Virus record (IMG/VR): IMGVR_UViG_2593339199_000003
Span: 41,082-105,081 of that record
Source of the DNA: a virus
Lineage: Duplodnaviria > Caudoviricetes
Reading direction: 5' to 3' (one strand)
Length of the DNA: 64,000 nt
In this document: one piece after another, positions 10,349 through 21,600 of the stretch
How the letters are laid out: each line of letters opens with the position of its first letter
Numbering within the stretch: the stretch's first letter is position 1
Position numbers and translations under genes: made by a program
The notes under the pieces: generated by a model
The model's input: the letters and a program-made list of their open reading frames with translations, nothing else
Databases searched by the model: none
What the model was told of the DNA's origin: nothing

Positions 10349-10362
10349 TGAAAGGCATTACA
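10349..10362. promoter_or_regulatory. Copy of the recurrent palindromic motif (TGAAAGGCATTACA)
   Basis: 12/14 match to TGTAATGCATTACA; intergenic, adjacent to TGnTAAAAT on the minus strand. Confidence 0.55.
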
Positions 10363-10370
10363 ATTTCACT

Positions 10371-13300
10371 CTAAATCTCAATGACTTCTAGGTCTTCGTC
10401 CGTATCCAGCACCGGCGTCATCTTGACATAATCAACGTACATCAGACCCGTAGACTGGTCGATGGTATGATTAACAAGGATGTTCACCTGGTTGGCATCG
10501 GCAGGAAGCTCGACTTCCGCCGTGTAAACCATCCAATCGCCCTGCTCGACAGCCGGAAGCATGATACTTCCGACGAGGCCGGCAGTGCTGAAGATTTGGA
10601 TCTCACCGCATAGGCGCTCCGAGGCGCTTGGATCAAGTCGCGCTTTCACGTCCACTCGGTACTTGGTCTTCGTGAGCTTCGTGCCAGGGAGCGTGATGGC
10701 ATATTCGGCGTCATTGAACAAACTCAATATACTGTCCTCGCCGTTGCCAAGGTCTGTCTCGTCGATGAAGTAGACGCCGCTCGAGAGCTTCTCGTTGTAC
10801 TCGGTGATATGCTTCGCGCCCTTGAACTCGCTGTTGCCGATGATGTTTAAGTCTTCCTCCTCCGGATCCACGTATTCGATGATCGGCAGGTTGCCGTATG
10901 CTTTGTACTTGGCCACGGCCGCCTGGATCTCTGACTCGTGGAAGCCATCTGGATTGTTTGGCGATCGCAGGATGGACCGTGGCAGCCGGATGATGAACAC
11001 GCCGTTCTCCTGATAGGCTTCACCGTCGAAGTAGCCGATGTCCCAGTTGTACAGCGACTCCTGATTGACGCTCTTGATGATCGCTTTGGAGAGCGCCTCA
11101 TCGAGTCCGCCGCCGCGGCTCCGTGTATCCAGGATGATCATGTCCTTCTTGGCCGTGCTGTTCGGCTGCACCGTGAACTTGCCGATGCGCAGCATGGACG
11201 GATCGTAATAATAATCCTCCGGATCGAACCAGAAATCCTCGTCCGTATGGAAGATGCCCGTTGTCCTGCTCGTGCCTTCGATCAGCGTAAGCTCCGTCCC
11301 CTGCCGCACCCAGATGGATGTCGGCCGCAGGTAGATGTGCATCTGGCGGACGAGCAGCTCGTTGCTGACATGCTCCTCGACCGTGTAGTCGCCAGCCACC
11401 ATATCCCCCGGCACCCAGCGGCGTAGGCCGCGCATTGCCATCGTGAACTTGTGCCCCGGGCTTGGATTCAGATCCAAGTGGAAGAAATCGGTCTTCCCTG
11501 TCGTTTCGTTCTTGCGCTCGAAGCCGCGGTACGTATACCAGTCTTCTTCATAAGCGTATTGTACGATTACTTCATCCTGATCCCGGATCTTGTCATGCAG
11601 GTAAATGATACCCTTCTTGGCGTCCACGTCGGCCACACGGAGCTTCCGGGAATTGTTGATCCGCAGCGCCTCGACTTCCAGATAGCTGATGCCGACGTCC
11701 GACGACAGTACGATCGGCGTGAAGCGGGTCTGAATTGTCTTCTCGTTTAGGATGATCGGCGTCTCCCGCTCCACCAGCATGACCGGCCGTTTGTAGAACG
11801 ACTGGTTCGTGTATTCGGGAATCGTGTAATCCATGACAATCTCCGTGGTCAGCTCCGCACTGCGCGGCGCATAGGAGATCAGCTCGGGATACGACATGTA
11901 GATCTGCGGCACCTTCTCCGCAGCCTCGAAGTACGGCAGCTGCAGTCGGCGCTTCACGCGCCCGTTCTTGACGCGCACGTACCAGTTCTGCGTCTCCATC
12001 TCGCTCATGGCGACCTTCGGCTTCTCGACTTCAATCTTGCGATTGTCGTCCAGCTTGATGGCCAGGATTGGCACTGCCTCGAGCTCCTCGAAGTTAGTCC
12101 ATGCCGCCAGATCGACGACCAGGCCATCCAGCAGATCGGAGGAGCCCGGCTTCAGGACGTTCTTCAAGCGCATGCGGTTCACACCGGCGTAAGCCTGATC
12201 AACCTCGAATTTTTCCATGCTGCCCAGCGTATAGCGCCAGCGGTAATTGACGCGGAACTCCTTGTTGCGGCCACTGATGTCGCCGCGCTCGATTCGAAGC
12301 AATACCTGATCCTTCGGCACATCGCTCGGGATACCGAGTTTGCTATAGATGCCCTCCTCCGCAAACAGTGCGCCAAGCGACTTCACGTCCTCGTGCTTGT
12401 AGATCATGTCTGCCGTCTGCGGCCAGGTGATGGGCGTACCGACCGGCACAATCGGCGGCACATTTGCCTGCGCATTGACCTCATTAGACGGACCTATGGA
12501 GAGACTCACAGTGTCGCCGCCGGTGATCCAGATGCGGTTCCAGGAGAAGTTTTCGACATCGGCCGGGATCGCCGCCTTGGATAAGGTCGCCGGCGAGAGC
12601 GTGTAGCTCATGGAGCCGTCCGCCATGAGGTAGGCTTTTCCCGTTCCCTTAATGTTGATCGCATGCTCCGACGTCTTCCACGGCGTGATCTCCGTGCCGC
12701 CTGCCGTATAGTTGTTCGTTTGCGCATACGGATAGCCGTCTTTGATCCGTACATTCAAGTCGGCCGGATTCTTCTCGAACTGGACCGCGGCGGATGGATA
12801 CGGCTGATAGGCAAACAGCGTGCCGTAGGTGGCCTTGATATAATCCTCGACCTTCCCTTTCAGGATATCTTCCGGCTTATCGTCCATCATCTTCACTTCG
12901 CCATTGCTGGTCAGATTGACGTCCACCCAGTCCGTGTATTCACGATGCAGGTTCAGTTCCTGGAACGTCATTTTAGACCATGCACAGCCGGCCTGCGAGA
13001 TGTTGCAGAGTCCATAGCCGCCCGAAGCGTAATCATTGTCAATTGCTTCAGCCACGAGCGTGCCGAGTGCTGCATCGCTAATATCGCGGCTGATGTAAAC
13101 CTTCATCTGGTTGCCTTGGCAGATGACCGTGATCTTGACCGTTTCATTGGCATTCCAGCCTTGGTTGGATGCCGTCGTCGGGTTCGTGATGTCCGTGAAG
13201 GAGTTGCCCGAGTTGTCGGATTTGTACTGGCAGTTTGGCGCGGCGAGATCACTGTATGGCGGCAGCGAGCTCGGTGACGCTTTGAAGATCCGTGTCTTCT

Positions 13301-15566
13301 TGTTGCCAAAGCCGGTGTTGTTCAGGTACTGGGTCATGTCGTAGACCGCATCGTAATTCGGATCCGGTACGCCCGGCAGCGTCTGCTGGTAGGCCGTATA
13401 ATACTGGGCTGCAGAGACGCCGCGATTGCTGAGCAGGATGCGGCCGACGCCATTGCCGTCCGGTGCAGTAGCCTGCCACATTTGCTGGCGCTCCCAGGTG
13501 AACATATAATAGTGGTGCTCGTCTCTGACGCGGAACAAGAAGCCGATCACGTCATCGTCGTTGGAATCCTGGATCGAGACGACCGCCGAGAACTTGTAAT
13601 CCGTCTTGCTAACATGCTCCCGGTTCCAATAGCCACTGACTTCTACCGCGTTCGTCACGAGTTTCAGCACATCGGACGAATTGTTATAGAACCATTTGTT
13701 CTTCGTGGCGCTGGTACCGATGAAGTCCCAGCCAGTAAAGACGTCGAAGACCTTCGTTTGATTCTGCAAGGCAATCGAGTAATCCTGGAAGCAGCGGAAC
13801 TGGCCGTGGTAGCTGAGCGTACTGGATATCTGACCTTCTCCGCTTGCTTCCCAGTTGAAGCTGAGCTCTGTCTTCTGCTTCTCGGGAATAATCGTGCATT
13901 GATGTGAGATCGGATTGTTCTTAATACGCACGTTTGGCTGCGCAGCTTCGCTCCAGTCGTCCGTCGTCAGGTTGCTCTTGGCCTGCGGCGCCTCGCTGCC
14001 GCTTGGGCCTACCTTCGTATCGACGCTGCCGTTATCCGGGCTCGACGTTACCGTGTAGAGGATGTTGCCGTCTGCGTCTTCAATGGCGAAGGTGGCGTCG
14101 GCCGGCAACGACGGCATGTCCATCGGCAGGACCGTATTGATTAGGCTGCGCGCGCTCAGGAAGCCGGCGCCGGTGCGCATGCCGATCGACTTCCAGGCCT
14201 CCGAGTAATCCAGCGCCTCGTGCGCCAGAAGCGCTTCCGGATTGATTACCCAATCCGTGACATAGCCGAACGTGAGCCGGCGGGTGCTGCCCTCGTCATC
14301 TTGGAAGCTGGCTGTCAGTTTATAGTTAAAGATCTTCTTTACGCGCGGGTCGTATTCGGACTTCTGTGGCACTGTGATTTTATAGCCATCCTTGTCCGGG
14401 TACTCCTCAATCATGTAGACTTCTTCGGTGTCATCTGCTGCTGCCAGCTGCTCCGAAGAGACTTCCTGATAGGCGCTTATGCCGTTGATGACTCGCAGCT
14501 TGCCTCCCTCGACATACACCTTTCCGTCCTTGACGTTGATGGTATTGTCGTAAAGCTCCACGGCCTTGTTCACGCTTTTGAGCACTTCGTCCGAGACAAC
14601 CTTATCTACATGATTGTAGCGGACCTTGTAGGTCTGCTCCTCGTCGGTGTTGAGCTGCAGATAAATCTTCGCCCAGTAGATTTTCGGATTGCCTTCCATC
14701 GCGCGGACATAGATCAGCGACTTGATGCTGTCACCAAGCACGTTGCCATTCTCGTCCGTGATCTGAATCTGATTGCCGCGGTACCGAGTCACCTTGCCCG
14801 GTTCCCCCGGATCGCTATCGTAATGATACAGCAGCTCGAACTTGTAATAGAGTGCGGAGCTGATGCTCGCTTCATTGCGCAGAAAGCGCCGTGTGATGTT
14901 AACCTGGTTCGAGGGGAACCGATCATACGGCGGACGCTTCACGATCGGCTGATCATCGGATATGATGTCGGCATACGAAAGGACGCCATTTTCGTCCGGC
15001 ACAACCAGGCTTTCGATTTGCTCCATCGGTATAACGTTCTCATTGACGTAAGCCGTGTCGATGAATGAGACGTTTTCACTGCTGTTAATGCGCGGTGTAT
15101 GCACGAAGGCCAGATTCACATCGCCCTCGGGCACCTGTTCTCCGACACGAAGCGCGAACGTGTTGTTCGGCAGCTTGCTGATGTACTCGTAGAGCTCGAG
15201 ACCGTAACCAAGATTCATATCGGGATGATAGTAAGCGATCGCCGTGCAGGCATCCGAGGTCGTTTCAAGCTTATGCTCGGCGCCGTCCCAGAAGGAGACA
15301 ACGATATCCGGGCTGCCGGAGGAAGCCAAGTATTTGGTTACCTGAACATCTTCCCGCTGCAGGCCGTAGCTGCTTGCGTATTCCTGTATCAGCGGCTCGA
15401 ACAGGTCGTGCATCGTTTTATTTTCAGCCACAGTCTTGCTGGCTGTTGGGCGATTGAAGGTTTCATTGATGGAAAAGTTATCGGCCTCGTAATGAAAAGC
15501 ATGCGCGAGAATTTCTTTAGATGGAACCGCAACGACGCAGCTGATGCGGTATGAAAACTGAATCAT
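10371..15566 (-). CDS. Large virion appendage/baseplate protein (1731 aa) with a thrombospondin-C-like lectin domain and a C-terminal CBM-like jelly roll
   Basis: ATG 15566 with AAGGAGG RBS. DDDVIGFLFRVRDEHHYYMFTWE motif; C-terminal NIIGNSEF...W..Y...MYVDYVKM pattern. Confidence 0.8.
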   Translation of the reverse strand: MIQFSYRISCVVAVPSKEILAHAFHYEADNFSINETFNRPTASKTVAENKTMHDLFEPLIQEYASSYGLQREDVQVTKYLASSGSPDIVVSFWDGAEHKLETTSDACTAIAYYHPDMNLGYGLELYEYISKLPNNTFALRVGEQVPEGDVNLAFVHTPRINSSENVSFIDTAYVNENVIPMEQIESLVVPDENGVLSYADIISDDQPIVKRPPYDRFPSNQVNITRRFLRNEASISSALYYKFELLYHYDSDPGEPGKVTRYRGNQIQITDENGNVLGDSIKSLIYVRAMEGNPKIYWAKIYLQLNTDEEQTYKVRYNHVDKVVSDEVLKSVNKAVELYDNTINVKDGKVYVEGGKLRVINGISAYQEVSSEQLAAADDTEEVYMIEEYPDKDGYKITVPQKSEYDPRVKKIFNYKLTASFQDDEGSTRRLTFGYVTDWVINPEALLAHEALDYSEAWKSIGMRTGAGFLSARSLINTVLPMDMPSLPADATFAIEDADGNILYTVTSSPDNGSVDTKVGPSGSEAPQAKSNLTTDDWSEAAQPNVRIKNNPISHQCTIIPEKQKTELSFNWEASGEGQISSTLSYHGQFRCFQDYSIALQNQTKVFDVFTGWDFIGTSATKNKWFYNNSSDVLKLVTNAVEVSGYWNREHVSKTDYKFSAVVSIQDSNDDDVIGFLFRVRDEHHYYMFTWERQQMWQATAPDGNGVGRILLSNRGVSAAQYYTAYQQTLPGVPDPNYDAVYDMTQYLNNTGFGNKKTRIFKASPSSLPPYSDLAAPNCQYKSDNSGNSFTDITNPTTASNQGWNANETVKITVICQGNQMKVYISRDISDAALGTLVAEAIDNDYASGGYGLCNISQAGCAWSKMTFQELNLHREYTDWVDVNLTSNGEVKMMDDKPEDILKGKVEDYIKATYGTLFAYQPYPSAAVQFEKNPADLNVRIKDGYPYAQTNNYTAGGTEITPWKTSEHAINIKGTGKAYLMADGSMSYTLSPATLSKAAIPADVENFSWNRIWITGGDTVSLSIGPSNEVNAQANVPPIVPVGTPITWPQTADMIYKHEDVKSLGALFAEEGIYSKLGIPSDVPKDQVLLRIERGDISGRNKEFRVNYRWRYTLGSMEKFEVDQAYAGVNRMRLKNVLKPGSSDLLDGLVVDLAAWTNFEELEAVPILAIKLDDNRKIEVEKPKVAMSEMETQNWYVRVKNGRVKRRLQLPYFEAAEKVPQIYMSYPELISYAPRSAELTTEIVMDYTIPEYTNQSFYKRPVMLVERETPIILNEKTIQTRFTPIVLSSDVGISYLEVEALRINNSRKLRVADVDAKKGIIYLHDKIRDQDEVIVQYAYEEDWYTYRGFERKNETTGKTDFFHLDLNPSPGHKFTMAMRGLRRWVPGDMVAGDYTVEEHVSNELLVRQMHIYLRPTSIWVRQGTELTLIEGTSRTTGIFHTDEDFWFDPEDYYYDPSMLRIGKFTVQPNSTAKKDMIILDTRSRGGGLDEALSKAIIKSVNQESLYNWDIGYFDGEAYQENGVFIIRLPRSILRSPNNPDGFHESEIQAAVAKYKAYGNLPIIEYVDPEEEDLNIIGNSEFKGAKHITEYNEKLSSGVYFIDETDLGNGEDSILSLFNDAEYAITLPGTKLTKTKYRVDVKARLDPSASERLCGEIQIFSTAGLVGSIMLPAVEQGDWMVYTAEVELPADANQVNILVNHTIDQSTGLMYVDYVKMTPVLDTDEDLEVIEI

Positions 15567-15614
15567 AATGGATCCTCCTTTTGGGCCAATATGTAAAGAA
15601 AGCAATAGGGGGTG

Positions 15615-18600
15615 TTACGCCCCTATCACTTTTAGAAAGATAAAGTTACTCGATTCTTCCGCGCCCACAGTGCATGTTGCCGTTACCGCGAACACCCCTT
15701 GCTCTTGCGAGAGCCCCGAAATTGTAATCGAGGTCTGACCATAATCATCCGTCGTGGGAACGAAAGATCTTGTAACACCCTTCGTATCCTTATAAGCAAC
15801 CCGAATTTGTTTGCCCGTCAGCACACCCCAGTTTTCATCCCGAAGCGTAATCGTGATGGTTGCCTCGTCATTCTGGCCGGCTAGCAGTACGGCTTTGCTG
15901 GTCTTCATTTCGAGGTAAACTCGATTCGCCACGTTTGGCGCGTAGAAGCTCAGCTGCTCCATATTACTCAGATCAGCGCAGACGATCTGGTAGTTGGTGA
16001 TATTGTCGCTCGGCATTATTGGCTGATCGTACAGATAGACTTCGCCGGCCCGGTTCGTCTTGCCGGAGAACATCAGCTCGCCGTCGCGGTAGATGTCCAC
16101 TTCCTTGTTCTGAATCGGGTTGTTGTATTTGTCGAGCGCTCGGCCTGTCACCAGAACCTTGCCCGTGCTGCCAGCTGGCAGCGACTTCGGCGAGATGCTG
16201 ATCTCCAGCACCTTGGGATCCTGATCCACCTTATTGGTCAGGCACAGGAAGCCGCGATGATTATGATTCAGGATTGGGTTAAACGAGACTTCCTCCGCCC
16301 GGTAGAACGGCGTGTCCTTCGCACCCTCATAGATAATCTCCATATCCTGCATCATGGTTGGATCGTAATTGTTGTGCAATACAATCCGTGCCACATCATT
16401 CTCTACATCATAGTTGTAATCGACATAGAAACTATACAGCAGCTTATACCTGAACTCCATTATATCATCAAATCCCAAATTGTTCATGAACTCAATCGAA
16501 GAATTTTTAGGATTGAAGATATATTGTGTTGAACTGATTGTAATGCCATTCAATGTGACAACCAGCGTGTCTGGATCGATAGCCTTGTACTGCAGGTAGT
16601 ATTTCGCGTACCCGTTGCCGCTCATGGATTCGATGTTCTCGAGTGTCTGATTCACCCCGGTCAGCAAGCCTGCTGCGTTTCGGACCTCCTCGAAGAAGGC
16701 GACCTTACGTAGATTATTACCCTCGTTGTCCCGGACGATGAATGCGGCGCCTTGCTGAGGCCGAGGGCTGATCAGGATCTGCTGATCCACCGGCGTCTTG
16801 ACGAGTCGGATCTTCTCGGCGAACAGGTACTGCTCCTTCTCTTGGAAGTAGTAATAGCCGTTATGCAGCATCGGATTCCACGGCAGTGGAGCGGCACTGC
16901 GAACCTGCGCATTGATGGCGTAGCCGAGGAACGGCGCAAGCCGGCTGGATGGCACGATTTCCTTGGTTCCGCCTGGCTGCGTCCACTCCAGCTTCACCAT
17001 TGCGCTTCCCGTGTTCTCGTAGTACGTTGCGCTGATTTCGTACCAGCGGCCGCCTTCGAGATTGATCGAGCCCGAGTTTGTGTCCGGCTCATCACGCCAT
17101 GCGTCGATGACCTGCACCCTGTTCACCCAGAGCCTGAATCCATCGTCTGACGTCGAATGGAATTGATAGAGACCGGCAGTCGGCGCATAGATGTTGCCCC
17201 GCCAGCTGATGGCAAACCCATCGCTTGGTGATCCGGACGCCGGCACCTGGATCGGTGCGATATATGGCTCCGGCAGATCCGGCGTATACACGTCGAGCGG
17301 CGCGTTCGGATCCAGGTACGTCCGCGGAAGATGGCGATAATCGCTCCAGTCCGGTGCGTCCGGCGCGCTGGCCGGCTTCGTCGTGATCTCGGCGACAACC
17401 CTGCTCGTGCCGTCAATCGTCAGCGTGCCATGTGCGGCCGCCTTGTCGAAGCTGGTCTTTGTGATGCTGGCATCATTCATAATCTTGAACGAGCACGAGA
17501 TGTCCGCTTCCGTCATCCCCGGATGTGCGGCAAGGAAATTGTTGATTTCCTGCAGGAACTCGTCATGGATGCTGATGTCCTTTACGATGACGGTCAGTGT
17601 CTTCGGCGAGTCCGTAATTGGCCGATCCACTTGTGCCGAAATCGTATGACGCTGGCCTGGGCTTTGCACGAACGTGTTCAGCAGCATCCGCGATGCCTTG
17701 AAGTCCCAGAAGTACGTTTTCGGTTGCGACGCGGTGACCGGCCCCCATGCTCCTTTCAGGATGGCATCCGGTGCGCTGTCGACGATGCTGAACTTCTCGG
17801 TGCCGTTCACCCAAACCGTAATCGAGCGGCCGACCAGCTTAACCTTGATTTCGTTTGTCTCGTCCGCGCCGAACGTCCATCCCTCATCGAGATGCGCCAA
17901 CATAACTTTGGTGTACTGCAACTTGGCCACGCCGTACTGCGACGGGTTGAGGCAGATGTTGCGGTAGATGCCCATGCCCTTGGCGTCGGTTCCGCCGACC
18001 ATATTGCGCGACCAGTATGCGTCCATCTCGAACGAGTAGAAGTTCAGTGTGCCCGGGTCGAATCGGAAGATGGCGCCGTACATGTCGTCATCCCCGGAGG
18101 CTACTTCCTGCACCTTGAAGCTAAAGGTATAATCGGTGAAGTCCCGATGGTTCGGATTGAAGAACCCCGAACGGTAGCTTTGGTTGGCCAGGTTTGTCAC
18201 CTTGCTGTATCCATCTTCCGGAGGTCCATGCCAATCCCCCACGTCCGCGCCAACATTTTCATCGAACTTGATCCATTCCCCGGTGAAGTTCGAGATGTCG
18301 ATCACTTCATCGGACGGATAGCTAATGTCCAGATCGACGTTCAGATTAAAGGACATCTGGTCTAGGATCACCGATTGGCTCGTGAAGGCTGCGGCATTTG
18401 TGCCGACCGGCTCCGTACTGACGAATGGCGATTGGCTGCCCCAGTTGAAATCGATGCGAGCATCGACGCGAGAGAACTGAACATCGCCCAGGTAATTCGC
18501 CTTGCTCGGATCGAAGCTTCCCGTGACCTCATAGGATTGAACATGAATCCAGTCCTTCGGATTCAGCATGCTGCGGTCCACGACAAGCGTGCGGCCGCTC

Positions 18601-21600
18601 AGGCTGTACTTGCTCGGATCGAGCTTCACGCCGTTCAGGTAAACCGTGACTCCAAGGCCCGGATCCTGCGTCAACTCGAACAGGTTGGTGATGCTGCCCG
18701 TCGCATAACGCACCTTCACGTCCCCTGGCGTCACATACGAGCCATGCAGCTGGAACTGCTGGCCATCAACCGTGTAGCCTTCCGTCGAGCTCTGCGGGAT
18801 CTCAACGCCATTGCGCTGCACGGATAGAATCGTGAATGGCTGCAGGTCGTTGAAGCTGAACGTGCTCTGCATCGGTAGCTCGTCGATCTGATAGCCGCCA
18901 GCGGTGTAGTTGATATCCAGCAGGTCGGTCTTCAGCAATACCGGCCCAAGCGTAATCCGCTTGTCATCAACCACGAAGTCCGTGATGGAAATGCCGTTCA
19001 CTTTGATCTGCACATTCCATGGGTCTGCGGCAAAGTCCGTATAAAACTGCTGCTGCACGGTATTGCCGATGTTGCTTGTGATCGCGTAATCGGTATCCGT
19101 GATCCCTTGGTTATAGACCTCCACCATCCAAGAGCCTTCGATTGGCCGCGTAAACGTCATGAGCTCATACACATCCGCGCCGCCGCTGTAGTCGTACTTG
19201 GAGGCAGCCGTGATTAAGTTGCCGTTCTCGAAGATCGTCTTGCTGATGGCTGTCTGCGCCCAGGTGCCGTTATTGGCGGTGATGCCAAATGTCTCGCCGT
19301 TTGGCGCATGCACGATCATGTCCGGGAACGTGTCTCCCGTATTCTGCATGAAGGACGTCAGAATCTTGAGCGAGCTCTCCCCTGCCGGCACGTAGATCGT
19401 GTGTGCGGTCTTCTGCTCCGTCGCTGCTGCGCGCCCACGGACTGCGGCCTGGCCTGCCAGGAATACTTCGCGCGCCGGCTCGCCGTCTTCTCTGTGAGCT
19501 GCGACTGCCTCCTGCACGGTGAATAGCTGCTCCTTTACATGGTAGTCGCCGCCGACGACGAATGATTCCTTGAGGATCTTCGTCTGAAGCGGGTACCGGT
19601 AATAGGTGCCGAGCAGGCCGCTGGTGTCGCCATCCTGCTTGTCGAGCCACACCGAAACAAATGGATTCGAGCTGATCGCTTCGATCTTCTCGATAAAGAC
19701 GTTCTCATCATAATTCGGGTCGAGCATCGGGTTAATTGAGATCGTGTCGCCGATCGTTGTAACCGACTCATTGTCCGCGTAGAAGCTGCGCGGGTCTTCC
19801 ACCCAGTCGGTGTACCAGTCGGTATACCATACGTAAGCATCCTGGTAATCGGACATGAAGTTCACGGTCTTCTTGAAGGTGTCATATTCAATGGTGACGT
19901 TCTCGTTATCCGTCTCGATGAACGGCCCCTCAATGTGGGTCAGGTTCGGCGGCAGGAATACGGTGTCCGTTGGGACATCTACCATATTCGCTTTGCCGGC
20001 GCCGGAGCTGAAGAACGGACGCTTGCCGTTGACCTTGCCCTGCCCGATATACTTACCGCTGATCCAAGGTACATACCGCGGATCCGCATCACATTTGATG
20101 ACGACGCGATCGTTCTGCCGATCGGTGAACAGCAGCGGTTCGCTTGTAATCACGTTTACCGACGAGCTTGTGTTGCGTGTGGTCTGTCCCGGCTTCGATT
20201 CCCAATACATCCAGAGGAAGCTGAGCTTGCCGACCGGATACTTATGCAGCACGTAATGCACGTTGGCGTAGACGGCCGGCATTGGCGCTCCGGTATACGG
20301 ATCGACATAATGCTCATGGTTTGGCGGTACGTCCACGTATGTGGGCTCGTCACTGTTGGCCACGCCTTCGTTCTTGATGTCGGCCGGGAACGTGCCTTGG
20401 TACCATTCGGTCGTCTTCAGCATGAGCACATCGGTCGGATCGTGATGCGTCGTCACCGTGCCAGCCTTCGCCCATTTCCATGCATGATGCGCCGGGTCGA
20501 TAGTATATTCTCCGGAGTCCTGGAGCGTCAACGTGTACGTCGCCCACTTACCGCCGACGAACTCTTTCAGGTCACGAGCAGCCACCCAGCCGTCATACGC
20601 ATAGACCGAATACTCGTAGGTCTTCTCCGTGATGACGTGTTCCGGATCGCCGTGCCAGAAGATCAGCTTCTTATTGTTCTCGAAGGCGAACTCCGTATCG
20701 CTCGATGCTGGCTTCACGATCGTGTAGGTTGCCGTAATGGCATCCGGACTCAGATCGGCATGGCTTGCCAGGAAGTTGCTTTTCTCGGCCCGGAAGAAGT
20801 CATCGATATCCTCGAAGACGACCGCGCCGCTCGTGTTATCGATGTTGTCCGGCGTCACCTCGAAGGTGCCTTTCTTGGTATAGGTGAACGACTGCGTGGT
20901 CCCGGCGTTCGGGCTGTTGAACGTCTTCACCGTGACTGGCTGACCGACGCCCGCGAATGCCGCACCCGCCGTGGAATCTTTCACCTCTGCCGAGATGCTG
21001 CCGATCGTATACGCCTTGCCGGTCACGCCCAGTTGCGCCATGCGTGCAAGCAGGTTGACCTTGATGTAGTCGGACGAGCTTGGATTAATCGTCTTTGGCG
21101 AAGGCGTAATCTCGTCGAACTGTGCCCAGCCCGTTTGTGGTTCACGGCCGGTGAACTTGATCCAGTGCTTGACGCGGATCCCGTGGAACTCGACGGCTTG
21201 GGACCAGTTGCATGCGCCGAAAGCTCCGTTTTCCCAATCCGTATCAAACTCGAAGACCTTGGCGTATTCCTCAGTCAGGCTGTGTCGGACGAAAATTTCT
21301 GCATGCTTCCCCGTACAACGTACTTTCATAGACTCCATCGTTTGGTAATCCCATCCGTTGCCGCCGCCCAGGTCGGTCGCGTTGACCTTGTACATCTTGC
21401 CATCCGTGACTTTGTAGATGCGGCGGTGCTGCGTCTTCCAGCCGGTGCCGGTTTGATACGCACTCCAGAGCGAATCAGAGCTCAGGTAGTTTCGTGAGTA
21501 CGCCATGTGATTGCCGTCATTCCAGACCGTCTCGTCGGCCGTGAAGATGTTCGTACCATCGATGTTTGCGCCGATCCGATTCGAGCCTTTCACGCGATAG

